From contig JBHGNT010000015.1 of the NCBI GenBank assembly GCA_043228905.1, forward strand, positions 9,424,001-9,488,000: a DNA stretch of 64,000 nt, written 5' to 3'. Shown here one piece after another: positions 1-12,120 of this stretch. Origin of the DNA: Azolla caroliniana. Its lineage: Eukaryota; Plantae; Polypodiophyta. The position numbers and the translations under genes are program-made. How positions within the stretch are numbered: position 1 is the first letter of the stretch; every line of letters begins with the position of its first letter. Below the pieces are notes generated by a model. That model was not told the DNA's origin. It worked only from the letters and a program-made list of their open reading frames with translations, and did not search any database.

Positions 1-325
1 ATGTTATGAAACTCATGTTTAAAAACGATAAATGGATAAGACTAATTTCAATTTACTGACTGGATTTTCATAGATTAGAGTGTGAATAAAGCTATTCAAA
101 ATTATTAAATCTTAAAAATAAAGAGGATAAAAATGTTCTTAAAAAATCCAGTAAAATACAGTGAGGTGTGGCTCTTAGATGGTTTGCTGCAACAGTAGGG
201 AAGTCAAATATTTCTAATGGTTTGAAACTCACAAACTGATGTGAAAGGAGAAATGTTACTTTGAATTGCTTTAAAAATATTCAATGAATATTGAAATTCT
301 AATTTTGCATTCTTTCTATATGCAG

Positions 326-451
326 GTCATAATTATGGCAGCATTTGCTGTACTTCCATTCATACCACAATCTCTCAGTGGAAGGTCTTATAGATTTACC
401 TTCCTAGGCAGTATAATGGCATATGGGCTGTCTATCTATTTACAATTTGGC
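326..451 (+). CDS. TMEM33: TMEM33/Pom33-family ER/nuclear-envelope membrane protein, internal exon A (upstream exons lie outside the window)
   Basis: tgcAG acceptor and GTAAGT donor; 42 codons, VIIMAAFAVLPFIPQSLSGRSYRFTFLGSIMAYGLSIYLQFG, which resembles the plant TMEM33 segment as I recall it (VFVIAVLAVLPLIPKNLSNRAYRLSFMG...). Confidence 0.88.
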
Positions 452-875
452 GTAAGTTCCTTCCCGGCCTCTGTTGTGTGGTTTCAGATATTTCAATAAT
501 GCATTCTCATGTTTAACTAGTTTTTTGTCTGTTCTTGTTTAACTGGTTTCCATATTATATTGCCATCCCAGTTAAACAAGAACAGACAAAAAACTTTATT
601 GCTCTCGAAGATGACATTAGGCAAGAAAGCAGTTATATTGTGCTCGTAGATGGCATTTGGGGCTATTTCAATTCTGTGGCCTGCTGCTCTCTATCTCTCT
701 CTGGCTACTGGTTCTTAGTACTTAAGAGAACCCAAGTTCTATTCTTGCACAGGCTGCCTTTGTCCCGTAGATTGTATTCGGTTTCCCATGGATGTTAATA
801 TTCCATTGATCTATATCTTTCCCCTCATTTTTTTCTCTATTTTAATTTAGAACGTATACTACTTACCTTCATTTA

Positions 876-1272
876 CATTTTTCTAACACTGGATACCATA
901 AAATAATATTAGGATGCAGCATCAATTTTTGGAATACATCATTCATCCTGTGCACATGGGGGAATCAGTGTTACAGAGTTTTCATTATCAATTATTACTA
1001 TAGAAATTCGAACAATTGCTTACCTTCAACAGACAATGATAGAGAACCCTCCACAGCCTATAGCATGCATAACCTCGTCTGCCATTTTTCTAACACTGAA
1101 TACCATCGAAATAATATTAGGATGCAGCATCGATTTTTGAAATATGTCATTCATTCTGTGCACATGGGGAAATCAGTTTTACCTAGTTTTCATCATCCCT
1201 TATTGCTATAGAAATTCAGACAATTGTTTACCTTCAACAGACAATGATAGAGAGCCCACCACAACTTATATA
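876..1272. repeat. Diverged intronic tandem duplication, 2 copies, period ~208 bp
   Basis: The block ttctaacact..aataatattaggatgcagcatc..tgtgcacatgggg..taccttcaacagacaatgatagaga occurs at ~880-1060 and again at ~1088-1270. Confidence 0.85.
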
Positions 1273-1655
1273 CAGCTTTGTATATTTGAGGTGGTAGCAT
1301 CAGTACCACTATATTTTTGGCCAATCTGTCAGAGATTGACCATGATGATCTGGTCTGGCTGGCAGCAAATCGAATATGTATTGTGTACATGAATCTGTTT
1401 TTAAATAGTTCAGAGGTGAACATAGAATCATGTTAAAATAGATTGATTCGTAAATACTTGATAATTAGAGTATACTATCTCTTGCACCACTTGATGGGAG
1501 CGGGTCACCCTGTTTTAGGATAATGGTAAAAATTTCAAGATATGATGAAATGTTGAGTTCATGTTTTAGGATAATAGTTTTAATTTCAGATTTGACTGCA
1601 GAAAGTACTTTCCATTTGTCTGATTGAGTGGTTTTTGGCTGTCTTCTGTGGATAG

Positions 1656-1776
1656 CGACCACGAACGTTGGATATGAGAGCTCTTCAGACTTGGTTGCAG
1701 TCTGTGCTGGCTGGGAAAGATTTTTTATATCTATTCTATTCATTAGTCTTTATCTCTACTCTCATGCCACTAAAAT
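1656..1776 (+). CDS. TMEM33: TMEM33/Pom33-family gene, exon B
   Basis: gatAG...GTAAGT; RPRTLDMRALQTWLQSVLAGKDFLYLFYSLVFISTLMPLK plus 1 nt; phase fits exons A and C. Not in the ORF track. Confidence 0.88.
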
Positions 1777-1858
1777 GTAAGTGATGACTAAAACACATGA
1801 CAATCACACTATTTTCGTTTTTAAGCATGACAGCTATGTGGCATTGGTATCTATGCAG

Positions 1859-1943
1859 TTGCTACATTACCTGTGGCGTGTCATTCTCTTCTTAATGTGG
1901 GTCAATACTTAAAGAGGAACTTCAACAACACACAAACATATAG
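1859..1943 (+). CDS. TMEM33: TMEM33/Pom33-family gene, exon C
   Basis: tgcAG...GTAATT; (F)ATLPVACHSLLNVGQYLKRNFNNTQTY(R); 85 nt, phase-compatible on both sides. Confidence 0.88.
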
Positions 1944-2154
1944 GTAATTTATTTGCTGACCATTTTTGTCATGAACCTTCAATTGCTTATGGATTATCTT
2001 ATCTTGAATTGTTCTTGTAAGATATTTAGATGATTATGAAGAGGTTGTAACTGGATATGCTATATTTCTGCTCTCCCTTGAATTGGTCAGATCCCAAAGA
2101 TCACATTGTGTAGTGATATGACTTGCTGAGAAGGGTGGTTGTCTTTAGCAATCA

Positions 2155-2460
2155 GTGGTGGAATATAATAACATCAGTGAAAAATCTTTTGAACCAGAGC
2201 GAAATGCTTAGTGACACCATAACTATAGTATCTCAATCAAGACTGAGCAGAGCAGTTTGAAATAAGCCACTACAAGTGTATGGCCAAACAATGTCCTATG
2301 CACAACACATTGGTGGTGGAATATTGTAATGTCACTGGAAAACTATTTTACAGAGAATGGAATGCTCAGCGACACCATAGCTATAGTATATCAGTGAAGA
2401 CTTGGAGGAGAAGTTTGAAATGACCCACTGCAAGGAAGTGTATGGCAGAACAATGTCTCT
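2155..2460. repeat. Old intronic tandem duplication, 2 copies, period ~158 bp
   Basis: gtggtggaatat...aatgct.ag.gacaccata.ctatagtat...agtttgaaat...aagtgtatggc..aacaatgtc is seen twice. Confidence 0.7.
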
Positions 2461-2991
2461 AGTAGAACGATCACAGTCAAGGTGACAATGCCTCCAAGGA
2501 GTGAGATTCCTGCCTCATTTGCTGACAAGGAATGTATCTCTCCACTTATAATGTGAAAGCAACGAATCTTGGAAATGATGCATATAGTGCGGGTCACATG
2601 GGCAACCATGGTTTAATATTAAGAATCCTTCATGAGCTCTGATCTTGAATAGTTAGTATCAAGTTGAAGCAGTAGGAGAAGATTTCTACAATGATTAGCA
2701 TGAGAGACTGATCATTCTGTTTGCCATGATGGCTTGTTGTGAACATGCTCACACTATGTTTTCAGCCAAATATTCAAAATATACTACCGTGAGAAAGTTA
2801 TAACTTTCTCTCAGATAGGTAGTAAATGAATAACAGTAGAATTATATAACTTAAAAAGCAATTTTTTTCCTAGGAATTGGTAAAAAATCCCAATCATAGG
2901 GTGTTGATAATATGTAGTGTCCCCAATGGCATCCAACATATATCATTATCAAGTGGGATACCTTATTCACTTGAGTAATATTACATGTATC

Positions 2992-5900
2992 TGTTGGAGG
3001 GTGGCAGCTCTAGCCTTGCACTCTCTTTCATCTTTATTATCTTTGTACTATATTCTCTCCCTTCCCAGATTCTTCCCTCTCTAGAATCTGCAACTCCTTT
3101 AACGCCTTCTCTCTCTAGAATTTGTAATGCTTTAAATGCCTTTTTTCTCTTCTATTTTTTCCAAGATATTCCCTTTTATTCCTAGTTTTTTGTACCTGTT
3201 TGGTAGTACAAGAGCCACTTTACTACCAAACAACCATTTCACCCACTTTCCCCAATTTTGTATAAATAGGCTATACCAGCCTCTTTTGTAAAGACTTTTT
3301 TTTACTTTGGTTGCTACTTAAAAACAAGCTCTATTCCTTGGCTGTGTCTTTGCTCTTTGCAACCATTTTTTCTACTGCTGTCTAACAGCCTTCTCACAAC
3401 TTGGCTGTGCCTATTTTGTTTTAAGTCTTCCGCTGCTGCTATTAACAGCTTTTCTCACATGGTATCAGAGCAGTGAGGTCTCCATATCCTCAGCCTGATT
3501 TTTTTTGCCAAAGAGCACACAGACCTATCTTCTTTTATCCCTCCCTCCCAACCCTACAGAGGAGGTTCTTCTGTTTTCTTTTCCCCTTATCTGAGCCTCA
3601 CCTAGCATCTAGGGAGAAGTAGAAAGACCCTGAGTATCTACTTACAACTGCTGTAAATTGTCCAGCTGTAGCTCAAGAGGAGGATATCCATGGCCTCACA
3701 TGCCACCATTGTTTCATTAACCATCCCCCAACTCCCCAAAGAATCCATCTTGGATGGGAACAATTACTTGGATTGGGAGCTACAAATAAAGACCTTGCTA
3801 CAATACCATTGTTTATGGAATGTAGTCAATGGTAGTGACAAGAAACCACCAGTAACTTCATCCTCTTCAACCAAATCAGTTGCTGGCTCATCTAACGCTG
3901 AGATTGAAGCTTGGCTAGATAAGGATTCTCGTGCTCATGCTTTCCTCATGTTTAATATTAAACCGAGCATCGCTCGTCAATTTCAAGATAAAGATGACGA
4001 GACAGCCAATGAACTATGGACAGCCATCAAAAGGAGGTATCATCGAGCTAATCATGCTCAAATGATAGCTATTGAAAGCCAACTAGCAAATCTCAAGATT
4101 CATGACACTCCCAACATCATGGATCAAATAACGGAATTTGTCACTCTCCAAAAGGAACTAGTTTCTTTGGGAAGCAAGTCCACTGAAGTTGAGTTTGTGC
4201 ATCGTCTAATGATAAAGTTGCCTGAGTCATTCTCAGCCTTTTGTGACACCATTTCTCTTCTTCCCAACACACCTGACATGAATACATTTCTTGGTATGCT
4301 ACAAGATAGGGCAACAAAGAAGAAAAGTACTCAAACTTCCAATGAGACGCTTCTACATGCGACAAGTAAAGGCAAGTGAAAGCAAAATGGTAACTCCTAC
4401 AACAAACCCAATCCAAGACCGCCAAACAACCCAGCTTACAAGGAGCTCACTTGTCATTATTGTGGCTACAAAGGTCACATTCAGCCAGATTGTGGGAAAA
4501 AGAAAAGGGACAATGCTAAGAACTCTTCTTCTACCAGAAATCAACCTACACCGAAATCCAACTCGGCCCACTCAGCCAAAGAAACAGTTTTCCTTGGCAT
4601 TGAGGAACATACTTCACATTTGGCTGGACCAACTACTTCAACCATCGATGAGTGGTTAGTAGATAGTGGTGCCACTTCACACATGACCTATGACAAATCC
4701 ATTTTGCATGATGTGAAGCCTAGCTCTTCCCAAATCTCTATAGGAGATGCCTCAAGCATTGAGGCTTCATGTGTGGGTAATGTGTTTCTTGACAATTCTT
4801 CAAGTGAAGAACCTGTCGTTCTTCAAGATGTGCTACATGTGCCTCGCATCTCTACCAACCTACTTTCGGTTTACAAAATCACCAAGCAAGGTTATGGAGT
4901 CTACTTTGATAGCTCAGTTTTGGAAGTGATTGACACCAACAGCCTACAAATTGTAGCTAGTGGCACACAAGAAGGGGGTTTATATCGCCTAAAAAGCTCC
5001 CATAGCCCCTTGGAAAACTCCAAATCTCATCTTCTTCATCTTCTTCAAGGCTCTCATGCCTTGGTGGCACAAGAAGATCCCACGTTGTGGCATGCTAGGT
5101 TTGGTCATCTCAACTACGATTCTCTTCAAAAGCTCTCCTCTTCCCAACTAGTTGAGGCTCTTCCTATTTTCAAATCCTCCCAATATCCCATGTGTTGCTT
5201 GTCTTCATGGCAAGCAACATCGAGAGCCTTTCCCTCATGAAGCCACTCACCGGGCAACATCTATCTTGGAGTTAGTGCACATGGATCTTTGTGGTCCCAT
5301 GAAAACCACTACTCTTGGTGGTGCACGGTAATTCATGCTTATAATTGATGACTTCTCCCGCAAGGTTTGGGTTTATTTTCTTGCAGAAAAATCCCAAGCC
5401 TTCGCAAAATTTCAAGAATGGGTAGCTCTCGTGGAGAACGAGACATCGAAGAAAGTTCGAAAGATCAGGTCGGACAATGGTGGAGAGTTTATCTCCCAAG
5501 CTTTCCACCATTTCTGCTCTCAACGAGGTATTGCTCGCCAATTTTCTACACCCAATACTCCTCAACAAAATGGAGTCGTGGAAAGGAAGAACCGGACAGT
5601 CCAAGAGATGGCTCGTACGATGCTATCTCAATTTGATCTTCCTCTCTCATTTTGGGGTGAAGCTGTCAACACAACAGTCTACATCATCAACTGCCCAACA
5701 AAAGCAGTTGTTGGAATGACACCTGCAGAACCATTTACAGGTGTAAAGCCCTCAATATCTCATTTTAAAGTCTTTGGTTGTGATGCTTATGTTAACATTT
5801 CAGATCATAAAAGGACGAAATTTGAGTCCAAAACCAAGAAATGCAAATTTCTTGGTTACAGCACACAATCTAAAGCGTACAGGTTATGGGATTTAGAGTC

Positions 5901-8285
5901 AAAGTCCCTAGTCATATCTAGGGATGTTCATTTTGTGGAGTCTCAACCGGATGACTCTAGGATTTCACCCGAGTTCATGGTTGAAATCCAAGCTCCTCCG
6001 GAATCTCCTATTTTAGACGAAGATATCTCATCTTCAAGCCCCCCATCTCCTCCTACTCAATCTCTAACTTCGCCAACAATTCAAACCTCTCCCTCAACTC
6101 CACTTGTTTCCACTCCCTCTACAAACCAGCTTCCACCACTTCCCAAGTGGCTTCAAGCCACCATTCGTGATTCTCATCTCTCCGATGCTGAACTTCATGA
6201 GTATACATCTGGTTCTCGAACACGTAAGTCACAACGGCCTCTTCACTCATGCAACTTTACCTTATTGTGCACTGTTGTGCAATCAAAAGAACCCACAACA
6301 GCAAAAGAGGCCCTTGTTCTTCCAAAGTGGAAAGCAACAATGGAAGTTGAACTTGATTCCATTGAGCGGAATCATACATGGGAGCTGGTCCCACGGCCTC
6401 CACATCGACAAGTCATTGGATTGAAATGGATTTTCAAGACCAAATACCATGTTGATGGTACTTTGGATAAGCACAAGGCACGTTTAGTGGCAAAAGGCTA
6501 CTCACAAGTTGAAGGAGTGGATTATGAGGAAACTTTTGCTCTAACATCAAGGTACACATCTATCCGATGTGCGCTTGCACTTGCTGCTCACTACAAATGA
6601 GCCATTTTTCAAATGGATGTCAAGTCAGCCTTCCTTAACGGTGACTTGAAAGAGGAGGTTTATGTTGAACAGCCTCTAGGTTTCGAGATTTTAGAGCAGA
6701 AAAACATGGTCTACAGGTTACACAAAGCCTTGTATGGCTTAAAGCAAGCTCCCAAAGCTTGGCATGACAAAATTGATAGCGTCTTTCTCTCTCTTGGGTT
6801 TCAAAACTGTAATGCTGACAACAATCTCTATGTTTTTTCCCAAGATAATTTGCTTTGCTTGATCATATTATATGTTGACGACCTTCTAATTACATGGTCC
6901 CTTGCATCTAAAATCGAGGAGGTCCGCGCTGACCTCAAAACAACCTTTGAAATGACTGATCTAGGACTTCTCCATTATTTCATAGGTATGGAGGTCTATC
7001 AATCACATGGTGGTATCTTTCTCAGCCAACATAGGTATCTCAGGCAGTTCCTTGAGACCTATAGCATGTCAAATTGCAAGCCACTCTCCTGTCCAATGGA
7101 TCCAAACTCAAAGCTATCTCGTGAAGACGATTCTCCCATATTTGAGGATATCACGAAATATAGGAGGTTAATTGGGTCCCTTCTTCACTTAACTTATACC
7201 AGGCCTGATTTGTCCTATAGCGTGAGTATTCTCAGCCAATTCTCAACTGCTCCAAGACAAAGTCATTGGCAAGCAGCTATTCAAGTTCTTCGGTATTTGG
7301 CCAACACACTTGACTATGGTTTGTCTTTTAGAGGCGGCATTGAGCTTGTTGGCTACTCAGATGCTGATTAGGCAGGTGATATTGATTCTAGAAGGTCCAC
7401 ATCTAGCTATTGTTTTATGTTAAGCTCAGGCTTGATTTCTTGGAAATCGAAGAAGCAAAACTCAGTTTCTACTTCATCGACGGAAGCTGAATATCGCGCC
7501 TACTTGGATACTTGTTGTGAGTTGCTATGGTTGATGCAATTGTTTTCTCACATTGGTGTTTTGCAAGACTCTCCTATTGCAGTTTTCACCGACAGCCAAA
7601 GTGCACGTGCCTTGGCACATAGCTTAACATTTCATGGTAGAACAAAACACATCGAAGTGCACTACTATTTTGTTTGTGACTTAGTGAAATCACAAGTCAT
7701 CAACTTGGCATATTGCCCTACTCAAGAAAATGTGGCGGATTTATTTACTAAGCCACTTCCAAGGCAAGCCATTGATCAGTTCCTTGATCGACTCAATGTT
7801 GGACCGCCGTTCTGGAGCTGAGAGGAGGTGTTGGAGGGTGGCTGGAGCTCTCTTTCATCTTTATTATCTTTGTACTATATTCGCTCCCTTCCCAGATTCT
7901 TCCCTCTCTAGAATATGCAACTCCTTTAATGCCTTCTCTCTCTAGAATTTGTAATGCTTTAAATGCCTTTTTTCTCTTCTACTTTTTCCAAGATATTCCC
8001 TTTTATTCCTAGTTTTTTGTACCTGTTTGGTAGTACAAGAGCCACTTTACTACCAAACAACCATTTCACCCACTTTCCCCAATTTTGTATAAATAGGCTA
8101 TACCAACCTCTTTTGTAAAGACTTTTTTAACTATGGTTGCTACTTAAAAACAAGCTCTATTCCTTGGCTGTGTCTTTGCTCTTTGCATCCATTTTTTCTA
8201 CTGCTGTCTAACAACCTTCTCACAGCTTGGCTGTGCCTATTTTGTTTTAAGTCTTCCGCTGCTGCTATTAACAGCTTTTCTCACA
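2992..8285 (+). mobile_element. Full-length Ty1/copia LTR retrotransposon (C0) inside the TMEM33 intron, same orientation as the gene
   Basis: LTRs 2992-3459 and 7829-8285 (TG...CA); TSD GTATC at 2987-2991 and 8286-8290; PBS TGGTATCAGAGC (initiator tRNA-Met) at 3460-3471; PPT GAGAGGAGG at 7820-7828; domain order gag-PR-INT-RT-RH. Confidence 0.97.
3690..7821 (+). pseudogene. C0 gag-pol polyprotein, disrupted
   Basis: Gag (LDGNNYLDW), zinc knuckle (CHYCGYKGHIQPDC), protease (WLVDSGATSHM), GAG-pre-integrase (LWHARFGH), integrase (IRSDNGGEF, PQQNGVVERKNRT), RT ([16 protein letters not shown]), RNase H (ADLFTKPL). Frameshifts near 4.37 and 5.19 kb; in-frame stops at 6598-6600 and 7369-7371. Confidence 0.95.
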
Positions 8286-8431
8286 GTATCTGTCATCTAT
8301 GCCTCTGCATAGTACATATAATCTGATGTATCACCCAACATAGCAGAGCCCTTCAGAGAAATTGGTAAAATGGATGCAGGCCATTAAGGCATGTTCGCAA
8401 CATCTAATTACTGTTTTATGGTTAGTATGCA

Positions 8432-9532
8432 TGCAAGCAAGAATGAAGCGAGCTAAGCTTGAACATTGTCACATAAAACGGGCACACGTGCTACTTGAGT
8501 GGGACTGTGCGGGACTTGAAACAAGGAGGACGTATTGTCGTGGGAGAGGTTCTTAAAGCCTTCATGAAAACATTCCTGGGATGCTCTGATGGATTGAATG
8601 GGCGCCATGTTTTCAATGGGAGCTCGTGTATTCAATGGGTGCCTGGGGAATTCTTCTGAAATATGCCCTTCGTGGAGTGCCCCTTTTTGGTGCTCTCTCT
8701 TGACGATGCTGCTTAGTACAAGTACTCAAAGAGGTTAATGATGATTAAGACTAACTAACTCTAGTTTAATATAATAAGATGCCAATTCAAACCAAATCAC
8801 TAGTTCAATTACACTTAAGCTCTTCTAAATAGCATGAAACAGTGGTGTAAATACAAGATTATGGCCCAGTTAAGCTAATGGTAAAGGATAGACAAACTTC
8901 GCGGGTCTCGTCACCGAATTCCGACACTACACCAGCTCTTGTTGGTGCCTCTTCTTGCATCCTTCTGAGCTTTTGACTTCCGCCTCTTGAGCTTCTGAAC
9001 CAAGCAAACCGGAAAACCAACCTCTCGTCACCAAATTCACCCAACCCTAATCAAATAATTAAGTAGAAAGAGAAGTAAACACTCACTAACCCTAACACAA
9101 CCCAAGTAAGGAAGCGTAGTCCAATACCCTCTCTCACACCCACACAAGAAAACCCAAAAATCCAAGAAAAAGAAGAAAGATAACCTCCCAAAACCCTAAA
9201 CTCAACAAAATGCTTTCACTCCAAAACCCGTGGAACTCCTTCATATGTCTTCCTCTCCCCTTTATATAGTGATAGGAGTAGCTCACCGACCACATTAAAT
9301 ACTCACCTACCCTCTTTTCATTGAAATGCAAAAAAGGTAGTTTATTCCCATGTGCCTGCCATGATTTAAACTCTCCCCCTTCCCCAAACAATTTATAGCC
9401 TTAACCATTAGGCCATTGACTTTTTTATTATACAATTTTGCTTTTCATATTTACAGATTTATACTTCTTGTGGTTTTCCTTTTTACCCACCTGTTCTCCT
9501 TACTCCCCCTTTAGACCCACCGTGTCACGACA
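8432..9532 (-). mobile_element. Probable solo LTR (~1.1 kb) in the same intron
   Basis: TG...CA termini (minus strand starts TGTCGTGAC); ATGCA on both flanks (8427-8431, 9533-9537); TATATAAAGG on the minus strand near 9260-9269; no PBS, PPT or coding sequence. Confidence 0.55.
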
Positions 9533-10478
9533 ATGCAGATGTTTATAGTGTTTTCATAGCAAGAAGGCTCGGAAGATTTCCTTGAAAGGGATCCAGCATG
9601 CCAACCTCCTCACCTGAGATTGGGGCTGTGGCATGGACATGGAGAGTATGTAATACGAGGGCAACCCGTATCACATGACTTAAGACCAATTATATGTTTA
9701 CTCTGGTAATGGTGTTGACCAATGTAATCGATAAACTACAACATGATAGTGCCAAAGATCATGATGGATTAGTAGGAGAGTATTTTTGTATATGATACTG
9801 ACTGATAGTTTTGTTCTGCATCTAATGCATAAATTCAACAAGGCTATATGTGAATTTTCCAAATGACCATGTGACAGCTGATAAAATATTAATAAACCTT
9901 GCTAAGAACAATTTTTTGATGGTTGATAAAGGCAAATCATCAATTTAGATTTAGAAACCTGTTGAATGTATAAAGGTCATATGTATATCTTGGTTCCACA
10001 TTAATGGGGTCGTGTTCCTTCTTGCAAGAGGTAACCACAACCGTTCACTGGGGATGATGCACGACACTTGGGACCATGCATTAAAGTTCTAGAGATAATG
10101 TGCATCTATACAGTATCAAGAACCACATGTAAAATTTTGCTTGTCGAATACATGGCCTGTCATATTTTTTCCTGTCATGATAGTCCAGGTCAGAATCCTA
10201 TCATGTCAACTGAGGATTTAAACTAGTATTTAGAGGAAAGGATAGATATGTGTGATGAATCTCTATTTAATGATGAATTTTCAAGAAGAAAGGTTAGCTT
10301 ATTAAACTGAATTCAGAAACAAAGAAATGTCACTTTTAATAAAATTGAGAAAAGATTAGATGTGGTGAGTAGAATTTTCAAATGAGCCATTTTATAATTT
10401 GTATTTTCAGCAAGTTAGCAAAATTTCTTTTATGTGTTTCTTGACAAACCATTCATTTGGAGTGAATTCTTTAAACAG

Positions 10479-10592
10479 GAATTTCTTGGAGAAACCTTGC
10501 AGATGGCTAGAAGCCAACAGTATGATACTTCGCACTCTGAGTACAAACTGTGAGATAGGACTTGGGTTCCTTCTCATTCTATTATTGCTTGC
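10479..10592 (+). CDS. TMEM33: TMEM33/Pom33-family gene, exon D
   Basis: aacAG...GTAAGT; (R)NFLEKPCRWLEANSMILRTLSTNCEIGLGFLLILLLL(A); in frame with exon C across the 8.5-kb intron. Confidence 0.88.
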
Positions 10593-10642
10593 GTAAGTTT
10601 CATAATTCGTTAACACATCTTGTTCTATATGTTTCTTGAAAT

Positions 10643-10978
10643 GAATATAATTTGTTTCTAGAGGTTCGTTTTATGCATCTTGTTCTATTATTTAGTTGTA
10701 AACCTAATGCTTATCCACACTCTGTATGCTTCGTGAAAGAATCACATTGGTTGGAATATAATTTGTTTCTAGAGGTTCGTTTTATGCATCTTGTTCTATT
10801 ATTTAGTTGTAAACCTAATGCTTATCCACACTCTGTATGCTTCGTGAAAGAATCACATTGGTTGGAATATAATTTGTTTTTAGAGGTTCGTTTTATGCAT
10901 CTTGTTCTATTATTTAGTTGTAAACCTAATGCTTATCCACACTCTGTATGCTTCGTGAAAGAATCACATTGGTTGGAA
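10643..10978. repeat. Near-perfect tandem repeat, 3 x 111 bp, in the TMEM33 intron after exon D
   Basis: Units start GAATATAATTTG at 10643, 10754 and 10865; only one substitution seen; this explains the 37-aa periodic ORF 10652-10999. Confidence 0.95.
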
Positions 10979-11162
10979 GTTTCTCTTATGGTTTCATAGG
11001 CTTGCACAAGATTATTGTCATTACTTCACTTTGCTTATGTTGTTGCCATCTTCCTTTACCCAGTGTTTCTTACCATGTTTTTTCCATCGTTCATATGCGT
11101 GGAAGTGCTTAACTATATGATAATGTGTAGATTTATTTTACCAATAATGTCTTTGTTTGCAG

Positions 11163-11202
11163 ACCACAAAAGAACTTCATACAGGTGGTGATATACTGGC
11201 AG
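11163..11202 (+). CDS. TMEM33: TMEM33/Pom33-family gene, exon E
   Basis: tgcAG...GTAAGC; (A)PQKNFIQVVIYWQ; 40 nt. Confidence 0.88.
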
Positions 11203-11323
11203 GTAAGCGTTTAACTGTTGCTTTCTGTCTTCACCATTGGAGTTTTATTTTATTCCCCTTGATGAGATTGTACCTATGAAATGCTAACTCACTATCTTTT
11301 GGTTTGGGTGTAATTTTATATAG

Positions 11324-11476
11324 CTTCTGAAGCTTATGTATCATGCACCGTTGACAGCATCTTCACATAGAGGCACTTGGTCTAAGATTGGACAGAAAGT
11401 TAACCCTCTCATCCATCAATATGCATCATTTCTAGAAAGTCCTTTGCAGTTTGCACAAAGGTGGTTTCAGAATTAA
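11324..11476 (+). CDS. TMEM33: TMEM33/Pom33-family gene, terminal coding exon
   Basis: tatAG acceptor; LLKLMYHAPLTASSHRGTWSKIGQKVNPLIHQYASFLESPLQFAQRWFQN then TAA; resembles the family C-terminus (WQLLKLMY..P.TA..H...W..IG). Confidence 0.9.
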   Translation, partial: LLKLMYHAPLTASSHRGTWSKIGQKVNPLIHQYASFLESPLQFAQRWFQN

Positions 11477-11930
11477 TCTTGGAAGGTAGTTAGGAAACTA
11501 GATCTCTCTTGTAAGCTAACAACATTGCGGCAAAATATCATTTGAATGACTTTTAATCGTTAAAACATATTTGGAAGGAAAATCAAAATTGTTGGCATTT
11601 TTTTACACAAAAGTCATAAGCAATTGTGAAGTTCTGCCCCAGTTACTGACCCTACATAAAAGTAAAGAAGATTAGAACCTAAAGGATATGAAAAGGACAT
11701 TTGGATGTGGATTTCTGCTACCATGAGAAACACTTGATTTGTGCATGGTGTAAAAACAAAAGCAATTCAATCCTTCTGATTTTCTTGTTTTACTCTTATG
11801 ATTTCTGTGTTGCGTAAAACAAAACTTATGATTTGTGTTGGGTTTACTTCATCTTTTAATAATGAACTCATTTCTTTGTTATGGAATATATGACCATAGC
11901 TAATGTGGTGGATAGAAAATGACAATGTAT

Positions 11931-12120
11931 AAAACTGTTTATGGTCTTGAGAAGCAAAATCTGGGAACAAAATTGATTGGTTTTGTAGATGCTGAGCATG
12001 TGAAATTTTGTGGTTCATGTATGTATATAACTGTTTATGGCCTTGGGGGGAAAGGAAAATCCTGGGAACAAGATTTACTGGTTTTGTAGATGTTGAGCAT
12101 GTCAAATTAGGGGGTTCATG
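11931..12120. repeat. Diverged ~100-bp tandem duplication downstream of the gene
   Basis: actgtttatgg..ttg..aaaatc.tgggaacaa.att.a.tggttttgtagatg.tgagcatgt.aaatt..g.ggttcatg occurs twice. Confidence 0.7.

Noticed and set aside
8347-8556. Possible extra TMEM33 exon (LVKWMQAIKAC...)
   Set aside because: The matching family segment is already encoded at 1656-1776, and exons C and D join in frame without it.
452-10478. Initial suspicion that the middle TMEM33 exons were missing (pseudogene or trans-splicing)
   Set aside because: Both exons were found manually at 1656-1776 and 1859-1943; they are simply absent from the ORF track.
10652-10999. 115-aa periodic ORF
   Set aside because: By-product of the 111-bp intronic tandem repeat; non-ATG start and no splice or homology support.
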